Shown in pieces: positions 1-7,020 of a stretch of 54,091 nt of DNA; position 1 is the first letter of the stretch, and every line of letters begins with the position of its first letter. This DNA comes from a virus, in the IMG/VR virus record IMGVR_UViG_3300039008_000121, positions 1 to 54,091 of that record; one strand, written 5' to 3'. The translations under genes were made by a program, and so were the position numbers. The notes beneath the pieces were generated by a model. It saw only the letters and a list, made by a program, of their open reading frames with translations. It did not search any database and had not been told where the DNA came from.

Positions 1-44
1 AAAACCGTCCAAAAACGACCAAACAAAAGCAAAATACAGGTATT

Positions 45-73
45 AAAAAAGGGTTTCAGAACTTCTGAAACCC
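45..73 (-). terminator. Rho-independent terminator downstream of the tRNA fragment
   Basis: GGGTTTCAGAA-C-TTCTGAAACCC perfect hairpin (51..73), followed on the minus strand by a T6 run (45..50). Confidence 0.7.
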
Positions 74-85
74 TTAGTATTAATG

Positions 86-141
86 CGGAAAGGAAGGGAT
101 TCGAACCCCCGAAACGCTTTTGGCGTTTACTCGCTTTCCAG
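86..141 (-). other. attP core: 3' ~56 nt of a tRNA-Ser(GGA)-like gene (anticodon loop to discriminator), not a full tRNA
   Basis: The reverse complement reads CTGGAAA (anticodon loop, GGA), GCGAG, a long variable arm AAACGC-CAAA-GCGTTT, a T-arm GGGGG-TTCGAAT-CCCTT, and the acceptor CCTTTCC-G. The upstream sequence (142 onward) has no matching anticodon-stem, D-arm or acceptor 5' half. Confidence 0.75.
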
Positions 142-190
142 ATGTATTAGTGACTTTCTGTAGTGCCTGTAAATACTGGTATTTCAAAAT

Positions 191-221
191 TTGCAAATAA
201 AATTTGCAAACTTTTTGCAAA
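191..221. promoter_or_regulatory. Three TTGCAAA repeats: candidate arm-type integrase/Xis binding sites (one attP arm)
   Basis: TTGCAAA at 191-197, 204-210 and 215-221, spaced 13 and 11 bp, about 50-80 bp from the tRNA-derived core. Confidence 0.5.
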
Positions 222-315
222 CACTTCTTTGATATACTCGCCTAATTAGGGTGTTATTTCTGTTGTAATTCAACACATCAAATATACATTTTGTGAGCAA
301 ATTACACCCAATATG

Positions 316-720
316 TTATTTATTTTTCCACACAATATAATCATACAAAATTGATGCAGTAACACTTGTGGTCAGCATTGAGTTTTTCGATGCAATAGAT
401 ATAACTTCGTCCATTCGTATTTGAGGTTCGATAATATTCTTTTCTATTCGCTTTTTAGCACTGTCATCCACATTAGGATGAATAACAAGATACTCTACCG
501 GATCATAGCTTATCAAATAACAATCGATAATCATATCAACCGCACCTTTATGTACGTTGTACTTTGAAGCCAGAACAAATTTTATTGCTTCGGAATCCTT
601 CTTAAGAAACTCCGTAACCTTTTCTTTTTGAACTATCGAATCCAACTCCGATTCCTTTTCGTAATGACAAGATGTGAATAGAGTCGATACGACTAATGCA
701 AGTAAAATGTTTGATTTCAT
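316..720 (-). CDS. Small lipoprotein, function unknown (candidate superinfection-exclusion factor)
   Basis: 134 aa. The N-terminus MKSNILLALVVSTLFTSC has a lipobox with Cys18. The gene is very AT-rich and is the last gene of the repressor operon, next to attP. Confidence 0.6.
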   Translation of the reverse strand: MKSNILLALVVSTLFTSCHYEKESELDSIVQKEKVTEFLKKDSEAIKFVLASKYNVHKGAVDMIIDCYLISYDPVEYLVIHPNVDDSAKKRIEKNIIEPQIRMDEVISIASKNSMLTTSVTASILYDYIVWKNK

Positions 721-732
721 ATTTACAGGAGA

Positions 733-1311
733 TTAATAGCTAAGATGCAAGCTGATTTGCCCTAAAAGTACCAACATAGCTAATACTACTGATACAGTAA
801 AAAATATATTTTTAAAAGTTTGTTTGAAATTTTTAATTGAGAAAACTTCCGCAAAACCAGCAAATACAGCACTCAATATCAGAGAAGTTACAAACATAGC
901 ACCAGTACCACCTATTATCCATCCGAAATTAAACCAAAAATCTACATAAGTATTTCCTAAGAACAAAGAGATAAAACTAGAAAGAAAACAAACTATACCT
1001 GAACGCAAGTATATATTTTTCTCTTTTACTTCACTTTTAGTTATTTGCTTATTCGTATTTTGATTATTTTCAATTTGAATATTTTTCAAAGTTTCACTAG
1101 TAGGAAAAATCCTTTTTATAACATGAATCATTTCAGCCAGTAAGCCATAGGCAATAACTGAATTATCGATAAAGCCATTATTCATATCATGATCAACCTC
1201 TGTCTTATATGGATAATATAAAACCCAAAACATTCTGCCTGGGTGTGGATGTTTAAAACTGCCTAGCATTTCCAACTCAGAATTATAAATTACCCCTGAA
1301 AAAAAAGCCAT
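733..1311 (-). CDS. Membrane protein: soluble N-terminal ~100 aa plus a 3-4 TM C-terminal half
   Basis: 192-aa ORF. Hydrophobic segments include IVCFLSSFISLFLG, FGWIIGGTGAMFVTSLILSAVFAGF and IFFTVSVVLAMLVLLG. Local GC is about 15-25%. Confidence 0.6.
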   Translation of the reverse strand: MAFFSGVIYNSELEMLGSFKHPHPGRMFWVLYYPYKTEVDHDMNNGFIDNSVIAYGLLAEMIHVIKRIFPTSETLKNIQIENNQNTNKQITKSEVKEKNIYLRSGIVCFLSSFISLFLGNTYVDFWFNFGWIIGGTGAMFVTSLILSAVFAGFAEVFSIKNFKQTFKNIFFTVSVVLAMLVLLGQISLHLSY

Positions 1312-1399
1312 AAGAAAATGCTATTATTACTGTCCAAATATGAACAACTACTCCCCAAATCCCAAGCCCTGTAATTATAGTCCCGATTATATATTTCAT
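1283..1399 (-). CDS. Possible 38-aa hydrophobic peptide (below the ORF-track cutoff)
   Basis: Hand translation gives MKYIIGTIITGLGIWGVVVHIWTVIIAFSYGFFFRGNL. It fills the 1312..1401 gap and overlaps the start of the next gene. Confidence 0.25.
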   Translation of the reverse strand: MKYIIGTIITGLGIWGVVVHIWTVIIAFSYGFFFRGNL

Positions 1400-1401
1400 A
1401 A

Positions 1402-1737
1402 CTACACAATTTGAACACCTCCAATAATCCAAACTAATACGGAAGCAATTAATAGTAGAATTGATAAAATTTGAGTATGTTTAGCAAATACAGCAGTTAT
1501 AGCACCGCTTGCAAGCCATGCTCCAATAACTCCTAAAATTGCCCAATACCACTTTATGTTAAAAAATAACTCAACAGCACCTCCTAAAATTGCTAGTAGA
1601 GCAATTATATTCAACCATGTAGAAGATTCAAATACTTTTCCAATAGGCCACCCTTTTTGTTGCGCATAAGCCTTATAAGTTACAATTGTTATTCCGGCTG
1701 TAGTTGCCATGAACGAAGATAGAATTACAGTACTCAT
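1402..1737 (-). CDS. Small integral membrane protein (~4 TM)
   Basis: 111 aa, almost entirely hydrophobic. It lies directly downstream of the repressor on the same strand. Confidence 0.6.
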   Translation of the reverse strand: MSTVILSSFMATTAGITIVTYKAYAQQKGWPIGKVFESSTWLNIIALLAILGGAVELFFNIKWYWAILGVIGAWLASGAITAVFAKHTQILSILLLIASVLVWIIGGVQIV

Positions 1738-1755
1738 TATATTTGATATTAAGTT

Positions 1756-2484
1756 TTAAAATTTCACGCTCCGTGACACTTCTTTAATGTAGAATAATTG
1801 TGCAATGTCATTTAGGTTTAATGTAAAATCTTGGTATTCCAGAGATGGATTCCAAGAATGACAGTGAATATCTCCTGTCTCGGTATTGTGATCCAATATC
1901 TCTTTTACGGTTATTCCATCCTCTTTATGAACAACAATAAAGACTTTAGGAACATGAAGTCTATTAACCCATAGTTCTCGCTGAAGCTCTCTTCCTAATA
2001 TAATATCACCCTCACAGATACTTCTCAATGAACCATCATTCATACTGTCTCCATTCACCTCAAAGGCTACATAGTTACCTCCGTTATGTTTCTTTCTGGC
2101 ATAATAAATAGGTTGTTCTTCTAAATATTCTGGATCTGCAAATCCTCTTAAATATCCTGCATGTGCATATTGGCCAATTAAAGGAGCAATTAATGTATCT
2201 GGATGATCGTATATTTTTACCTCAGATTCAACTCCTGCTATATTCAACACCTGCCCCTCACCAGTTAAGATGTATATCTTATTAACTGGATATTTCTCTA
2301 CAATTGAATCAAGAAAAACTCTTCTTAAGTCTTTCTTTCCTGCCTTAATATCTGTAAAATCTTGCGATTTATAACCAGATTTTTCTGCAACTTCTTTAAA
2401 ACTTCTGGCTAATCCTTTCTCTATCAATAAATTTATTGCTGATATAAGTCTCTCAGCCTCAATACTTTTGGGTTTTTTTTGCAT
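1756..2484 (-). CDS. CI-like repressor: N-terminal HTH plus C-terminal S24 (LexA-like) autopeptidase domain
   Basis: 242 aa. It has the GDSM serine motif (VNGDSMNDG), a downstream Lys (VVHKEDGITVKEI), and an N-terminal HTH-like region. It is divergent from the early operon. Confidence 0.85.
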   Translation of the reverse strand: MQKKPKSIEAERLISAINLLIEKGLARSFKEVAEKSGYKSQDFTDIKAGKKDLRRVFLDSIVEKYPVNKIYILTGEGQVLNIAGVESEVKIYDHPDTLIAPLIGQYAHAGYLRGFADPEYLEEQPIYYARKKHNGGNYVAFEVNGDSMNDGSLRSICEGDIILGRELQRELWVNRLHVPKVFIVVHKEDGITVKEILDHNTETGDIHCHSWNPSLEYQDFTLNLNDIAQLFYIKEVSRSVKF

Positions 2485-2489
2485 AAAAA

Positions 2490-2527
2490 CAAGAAAAAAT
2501 CTTGACTCTATCTTGCAATAATCAAGA
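2490..2527. promoter_or_regulatory. Candidate operators in the cI/early divergent region
   Basis: CAAGA-N5-TCTTG (2490..2504) and TCTTG-N7-CAAGA (2511..2527). Confidence 0.4.
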
Positions 2528-2536
2528 AAAAGTCTT

Positions 2537-2544
2537 TATATTTG
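2537..2544 (+). promoter_or_regulatory. Bacteroidota-type -7 promoter box (TAnnTTTG) for the rightward early operon
   Basis: TATATTTG matches the TAnnTTTG consensus exactly. It lies in the divergent intergenic region, 168 nt upstream of the first early ORF. Confidence 0.45.
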
Positions 2545-2564
2545 TAATGTAAAACAATTCAAAA

Positions 2565-2584
2565 CGAAACGAAACGAAACGAAT
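2565..2584 (+). repeat. Pentanucleotide microsatellite (CGAAA)x4
   Basis: Read directly as acgaaacgaaacgaaacgaa, in the early leader. Confidence 0.9.
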
Positions 2585-2711
2585 CAGGATAGAAATAAAA
2601 AAAACCTTTAGTTTTTTGCTTGTGACCAAACCAATATCAACTAAAAGATTTACATCTATTCTCTCCCTGATCTTTCGGCTAAAGTTAAAAACTTTCTAAA
2701 CAATAACAAAT

Positions 2712-2978
2712 ATGTTTAAAAATAGAGAAGAACTAAAAGACAGTATACCAAGAGGCACCATCAAGAAGCTTTCAAAAAAGCACAATTGCTCTCGCACCTA
2801 CATCGCCAATATTATAAACGGTAAAACTGATAATCCTGACATTCTGGAAGAAATCGTCCAGATAGCCCTTAAAAGCAAGCAAGAGCAAAAAAGGAAGGAT
2901 AAAATTAATGCAAGGGTCAGGAAACACCTAAAGTTTAAAATCCCTAATAAAAAGAAGAATGAGCAAACCACTACTTGA
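2712..2978 (+). CDS. Small basic HTH protein, Cro-position early regulator
   Basis: 88 aa. It has an HTH-like segment KKLSKKHNCSRTYIANIINGK and is the first gene divergent from the repressor. Confidence 0.5.
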   Translation: MFKNREELKDSIPRGTIKKLSKKHNCSRTYIANIINGKTDNPDILEEIVQIALKSKQEQKRKDKINARVRKHLKFKIPNKKKNEQTTT

Positions 2979-3165
2979 CATCGATACAATTCAACGCAAA
3001 AAATGGTTAAGCACAAGAGAGGCTACGGTTTATTTAGATGTACACAAATCGACCTTACAAGATTGGAGAGAGTTACACAAATTACCATACTGCAAAAGAG
3101 GTAAGGTCATTCGATATAAAAGAGCAGATCTTGATGCATTCATAGAAAAAGGAAAAGTAGCATGA
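2959..3165 (+). CDS. Excisionase-family / MerR-like HTH DNA-binding protein (Xis candidate)
   Basis: 68 aa. WLSTREATVYLDVHKSTLQDWRELHKLPYCKRGKVIRYKRADLDAFI is a typical Xis/AlpA-type winged HTH. Confidence 0.6.
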   Translation: MSKPLLDIDTIQRKKWLSTREATVYLDVHKSTLQDWRELHKLPYCKRGKVIRYKRADLDAFIEKGKVA

Positions 3166-3344
3166 GCGATCAATTAACCGATGATATCCTAGACGAACAG
3201 GCTAAGCCATTCGAGGACGAAATAACAGAACTGCGGTTCAAATTAACCTCTACTAAAGCACCTGAGAAAAAGAAAACAATTCAGGAGCGTATTGATGCAA
3301 CCAAAGAAGTAATTAACGCAATACTAATCAAAAACTCAATATGA
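3162..3344 (+). CDS. Hypothetical acidic 60-aa protein
   Basis: The ORF's start overlaps the previous stop in ATGA configuration. It looks coiled-coil-like. Confidence 0.5.
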   Translation: MSDQLTDDILDEQAKPFEDEITELRFKLTSTKAPEKKKTIQERIDATKEVINAILIKNSI

Positions 3345-3401
3345 CAATCATAGGCTACGACATACCGCCCGATTCCTATTGGGAACAAAACCCCGAAAAA
3401 A

Positions 3402-3608
3402 ATGAATACAGTAATGAACAACACCACAGTACACATCGGGTCAAACTACCAGATTACGTACTTAAAAAGTTTCAAAAGATTAATGCTGATTTCGCCCAAC
3501 GGAGAAATCTTGGCAAGAAAAGAGAACTACAAGCCACAGGTTAAAGAATTAGAAGCCAAAATACAAGAATTAAAAAAAGCCTACAGAGCTGCGCGACCAA
3601 CCCTATAG
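3402..3608 (+). CDS. Hypothetical 68-aa protein
   Basis: The composition looks coding, with a C-terminal coiled coil (KPQVKELEAKIQELKKAYRAA). It competes with the overlapping ORF 3341..3544 in another frame. Confidence 0.45.
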   Translation: MNTVMNNTTVHIGSNYQITYLKSFKRLMLISPNGEILARKENYKPQVKELEAKIQELKKAYRAARPTL

Positions 3609-3730
3609 ACTTAAAAACAATTCTCAGCACTTAAGTACTAATGTCAGTAACAAAAAATCAATTTCAATTATGACAAATCAAAAATGACAGCTTTCAAATG
3701 ACAAATCAAAAATAATAAAAATTTTCAATT

Positions 3731-4282
3731 ATGACAGCAAAAAATAACGAAGTGGCAGTAACCACGACACAAGAAAACGGAATTGCTCAATTGGGCAGTA
3801 TCGGAGGCACAGTAGACCTTAAAGAAGAAAAGGCTATCGCTAAAATGGAGAATGCGAAAGTTATTCCTATCAAAACTAACATTGACTCTTGGTCTCCCGA
3901 AAAACCTAATGAAAGCTTAGAAGGTGTATTTCAGGGATTATCAACCATCAAAATGCCATCATTAAACGATGAGAATGTTATTGAAGATGTTCCGGTGGCA
4001 GTTTTTGCAGTATTGGAAGATGTACCTAATAAAGATGGCGAGGCAGTGGCCAAACAAATCGCATTTAAAGGTATTGCAGCTAAAAGATGCGTTTCTCATT
4101 TCCGCAATGGCTTAATGAAAGATCAGAATGGCCAACAAGCTACACCAGTAAATACAATGTGGAAGATTGTATTTAAAGGTAAGCAGAAAAATAAAACCAA
4201 TTCTAAGCAATCCTCTGTATTCGATATGTATCGAATGGATGTTAACGGCGATGTTGAACCTAAAATGCAGGAGGCTTCATAA
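3731..4282 (+). CDS. Hypothetical protein, 183 aa (first gene of the recombination module)
   Basis: Its stop overlaps the start of the exonuclease gene (ATGA). No motif was recognised. Confidence 0.6.
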   Translation: MTAKNNEVAVTTTQENGIAQLGSIGGTVDLKEEKAIAKMENAKVIPIKTNIDSWSPEKPNESLEGVFQGLSTIKMPSLNDENVIEDVPVAVFAVLEDVPNKDGEAVAKQIAFKGIAAKRCVSHFRNGLMKDQNGQQATPVNTMWKIVFKGKQKNKTNSKQSSVFDMYRMDVNGDVEPKMQEAS

Positions 4283-5379
4283 TGAATAATCAGAAACTAT
4301 TACTAAACATGTTAGATCAGGAGGGTATAAGCCTTCCTAATCTTCAAACCGAAGTGGAAGGACTTAGAGTAGAGTCCTCAGAACTACAAACTGAAAATAT
4401 CGTAGCATATTTGATTTTTGATAACTCTCTTGAAAATGAAGAGTACCACGGATCTAAAGAGAAAGAGTTTGCAATGACTCCTTATTGCAAAGTTCCTTCA
4501 AGTTCTGTAATCAAAGAAGCTCGCACTCCAACTCACTTGCATAATTATTTTAATCGTGAGAAAAAGGATGCTTCTCATTTCTCTTTAGGTACAGCATTCC
4601 ATACAATGCTAGGCGAGGTTGACAAATTTGAATACGAATTGTTTGACGATTCTGAAATTGTTACAAAACTGGAATCAGAAGGCTCTAAAAATGCAAGAGC
4701 AACAAAAGTCTACAAAGAGTGGAAAGCTCAGTATTGCAAGGAAGATGGTAAAACTCTTCGCGATAATGTTCTGGCTAAAAAAGAATTTCAAGCCATGTTT
4801 AGCATGCGAAAAAAAATGCGCAAAGATCCTGTATTGGTTAATCTATTCAATAATGCTGATCCCGAAGTTTCAATTTTCATTGAGTATGAAAATGGATTAA
4901 AAATCAAATTCAGACCTGATGCGTTGAAATTTGCCGATGCACAAGATGTTGAGAACTTCAAAGATTATCTTGATATCAAAGAAGGAGATTTAATTAACAT
5001 CTCAATCAAAACTACTGTTGATGCTTCCCCTCAGGGATTCCAAAAGCAAGCGTACAACTTTAAATACCATTTATCTGAGGCAATGTACAAGGATGCTATC
5101 GAACACCTTTATAAGACTAATGGAGATCTTCATGAGGACAATAAAATGCACACCATTTTTGTAGTAGCCGAAAAAGGATCTGATAACCTTTTCAAAGGAC
5201 TCTACATGATTCGCCCATGCGGTGAGGATTTCTTTAACGCAGGCCGTAGAGCTTATGTTCCTAACCTGATTACCTATAAGGATACGATGAAGTCTAAAGA
5301 CTTCGATTCAGGCTACGATCACATTAATAACGGATCATCAATTTGCCCGATGAATTTACCTTCTTGGGCAGCAGCATAA
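4282..5379 (+). CDS. PD-(D/E)XK family exonuclease (RecE/RecB/Cas4-like fold)
   Basis: 365 aa. Motifs in order are GTAFHTMLGE, KFRPDAL (Asp), DLINISIKTT (D/E-x-K) and FKYHLSEAMY (QxxxY-like). Confidence 0.7.
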   Translation: MNNQKLLLNMLDQEGISLPNLQTEVEGLRVESSELQTENIVAYLIFDNSLENEEYHGSKEKEFAMTPYCKVPSSSVIKEARTPTHLHNYFNREKKDASHFSLGTAFHTMLGEVDKFEYELFDDSEIVTKLESEGSKNARATKVYKEWKAQYCKEDGKTLRDNVLAKKEFQAMFSMRKKMRKDPVLVNLFNNADPEVSIFIEYENGLKIKFRPDALKFADAQDVENFKDYLDIKEGDLINISIKTTVDASPQGFQKQAYNFKYHLSEAMYKDAIEHLYKTNGDLHEDNKMHTIFVVAEKGSDNLFKGLYMIRPCGEDFFNAGRRAYVPNLITYKDTMKSKDFDSGYDHINNGSSICPMNLPSWAAA

Positions 5380-5384
5380 AAATC

Positions 5385-5624
5385 ATGGCAATCCCATTTG
5401 TATTACTCCTGTTGGGTACTGCATGGTACCTATCAGGAAAACCAAAAGAAAACAAGCCAGATATGGAGAAGACACAGCCAGAACTCTTAGGCTTTACAGA
5501 ACAGGACCGACTGGAAGGATTTCAAGAAGTTTATCGCAGAGTATTCGAAAGAGAACCTTCACCACACGCATCAGCAAATGAACTGAAGTATAAATTAACT
5601 CATAGATTAATTAAACAAAATTAG
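5385..5624 (+). CDS. Small membrane protein (start moved to the internal Met)
   Basis: MAIPFVLLLLGTAWYL is an N-terminal TM segment. The track start at 5343 lies inside the previous gene. Confidence 0.45.
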   Translation: MAIPFVLLLLGTAWYLSGKPKENKPDMEKTQPELLGFTEQDRLEGFQEVYRRVFEREPSPHASANELKYKLTHRLIKQN

Positions 5625-5626
5625 AA

Positions 5627-6070
5627 ATGAAGAAAGGAAACTTTTTCGACGAGTATCCTGATTTCTCAGGAAACAGAGAGGAACATTTAGAAGCAAATGC
5701 TTCAAAATATATCGAAGGCGATTACCATGTTCCTTTAACCAGTGATGAAACAACAGAGGCCAAAGATCGATTAACCGAATTGGAAATTGATCAGAAGAAA
5801 ATCAGGGCCAAACTTGAATCAATCAAAAAGGATTATAAGAATCGCCTGAAACCAATCGACAAAGAGATTGATGAATTAATCGACATGCTTGCCATAGAAG
5901 CTCGTAGTGAATCAGGCAAACTTTACATGTTCGATGATCAGGAAGATGGCACAATGTACACCTACGACAAGGAAGGTAATTTAATTAACGTAAGGCCATT
6001 AACCCCTGCCGAAACTCAAACGAGCATATTCACATTAGAACCTAATCAAAAAATCTCAAAAGCAAATTAA
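5627..6070 (+). CDS. Hypothetical protein, 147 aa, central coiled coil
   Basis: ORF in tight operon spacing. No motif was recognised. Confidence 0.55.
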   Translation: MKKGNFFDEYPDFSGNREEHLEANASKYIEGDYHVPLTSDETTEAKDRLTELEIDQKKIRAKLESIKKDYKNRLKPIDKEIDELIDMLAIEARSESGKLYMFDDQEDGTMYTYDKEGNLINVRPLTPAETQTSIFTLEPNQKISKAN

Positions 6071-6073
6071 ACC

Positions 6074-6820
6074 ATGGAAAACATTAAAGTAAAAGTAGGA
6101 AAGGAAGTTGAAACTCTTATTATCAGAAATGGTGAAGCTCTGCCTTTAAAAGAGCCAAATAAGATTCAAATTAATGGACAGATCGATGCCATTGTAAGAT
6201 TCCTTTCTAAGAGAACAGCTCAATCAACAGAAGAGGATGCTAACAATCCTAGTGATATTGCAGAAGTAGTCGATAAGAATTGCCACATCTTAGTTGACCG
6301 TTCCAACCTTAAAATGGAACTACTGGTTGACGAAAAGAATTTCTACGGTAGCGAAATTACCGGAGCTCTTTTGATGAATCCTGAATTCTTAGAATGGGGA
6401 ATCAATACAAACACAACTCGCAGTCCAAAAGAACTGGCTGCATTCATTAAAATGAATCGCTATTTCTTCTCTGATCGTATGAAAGCAATGAGCCTGGTTA
6501 CCGAGCTAACCAACTTCAAAGCTAAGATTGATAAGGAAATTGAAAAGACTGATGATTTTCGAGGAAATAAACGTGAGCTTCTTGATCAGAAAATCAACAG
6601 CAATCTTCCTGAATCCTTTGATATTGAAATACCAATTTTCAAAGGTCAATCTAAACAAACCATCAATGTAGAAATCCTTATTACTGGTGATAATTTCCAG
6701 TGTTACCTGCAATCACCAGATACAATAGACTTGATTCGCGAAACTCGCGATACTATCATCGATGAGCAAATCAAAAAAATCGAGGAGCTTGCTCCTGGCA
6801 TTGCCATAATTGAAATTTAA
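6074..6820 (+). CDS. Hypothetical protein, 248 aa
   Basis: ORF in tight operon spacing, followed by two hairpins. Confidence 0.6.
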   Translation: MENIKVKVGKEVETLIIRNGEALPLKEPNKIQINGQIDAIVRFLSKRTAQSTEEDANNPSDIAEVVDKNCHILVDRSNLKMELLVDEKNFYGSEITGALLMNPEFLEWGINTNTTRSPKELAAFIKMNRYFFSDRMKAMSLVTELTNFKAKIDKEIEKTDDFRGNKRELLDQKINSNLPESFDIEIPIFKGQSKQTINVEILITGDNFQCYLQSPDTIDLIRETRDTIIDEQIKKIEELAPGIAIIEI

Positions 6821-6859
6821 CTGTGTGATTTGCTTGCAGAATGAATCACAGTTATTACC

Positions 6860-6879
6860 GAACCGCTTTCGGGCGGTTC
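6860..6879 (+). terminator. GC-rich hairpin between the 6074..6820 gene and the tRNA-like gene (terminator or processing signal, no U-tract)
   Basis: GAACCGC-TTTCGG-GCGGTTC, a 7-bp stem, 5 nt before the tRNA-like 5' end. Confidence 0.3.
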
Positions 6880-6883
6880 ATCT

Positions 6884-6999
6884 GGTCGGGTGGCGAAATT
6901 GGTAGACGCTAACCAGAGATTGCAGGCGTGCTAACTAATTAGAGATTGACGAATCTCGAACAGGACAGTCTCGTGTAGGTTCGAATCCTACTCCGACCG
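6884..6999 (+). tRNA. Aberrant 116-nt tRNA-like gene: type-II (Leu-like) D-arm, canonical T-arm and 7-bp acceptor, no canonical anticodon arm
   Basis: Acceptor GGTCGGG pairs with TCCGACC. The D-arm is TGGCGAAATTGGTAGACGC and the T-arm is GTAGG-TTCGAAT-CCTAC. The central 65 nt contain duplicated GCTAAC..AGAGATTG units and a GAGATT-GACG-AATCTC hairpin. A manual scan found no 5-bp stem with a 7-nt loop. Confidence 0.5.
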
Positions 7000-7020
7000 C
7001 AACCATTTAGAGAGGCGAGA

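Larger units (their letters stand above)
1..141. repeat. Terminal direct repeat, copy 1 (identical to 53951..54091)
   Basis: Read directly: 1..141 equals 53951..54091 base for base. The window ends exactly at the end of the repeat. Confidence 0.95.

Noticed and set aside
1-141. Terminal 141-nt direct repeats read as prophage attL/attR, or as biological direct terminal repeats of the virion DNA
   Set aside because: The window begins and ends exactly at the repeat with no flanking host sequence. The repeat extends 85 nt beyond the tRNA-derived part. The length equals a common maximal assembly k-mer. A circularisation overlap is the simpler explanation, although only read mapping can settle it.
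2798-3016. A 72-aa minus-strand ORF antisense to the first early genes
   Set aside because: It is hydrophobic and Cys-rich, a shadow of two plus-strand genes with HTH motifs.
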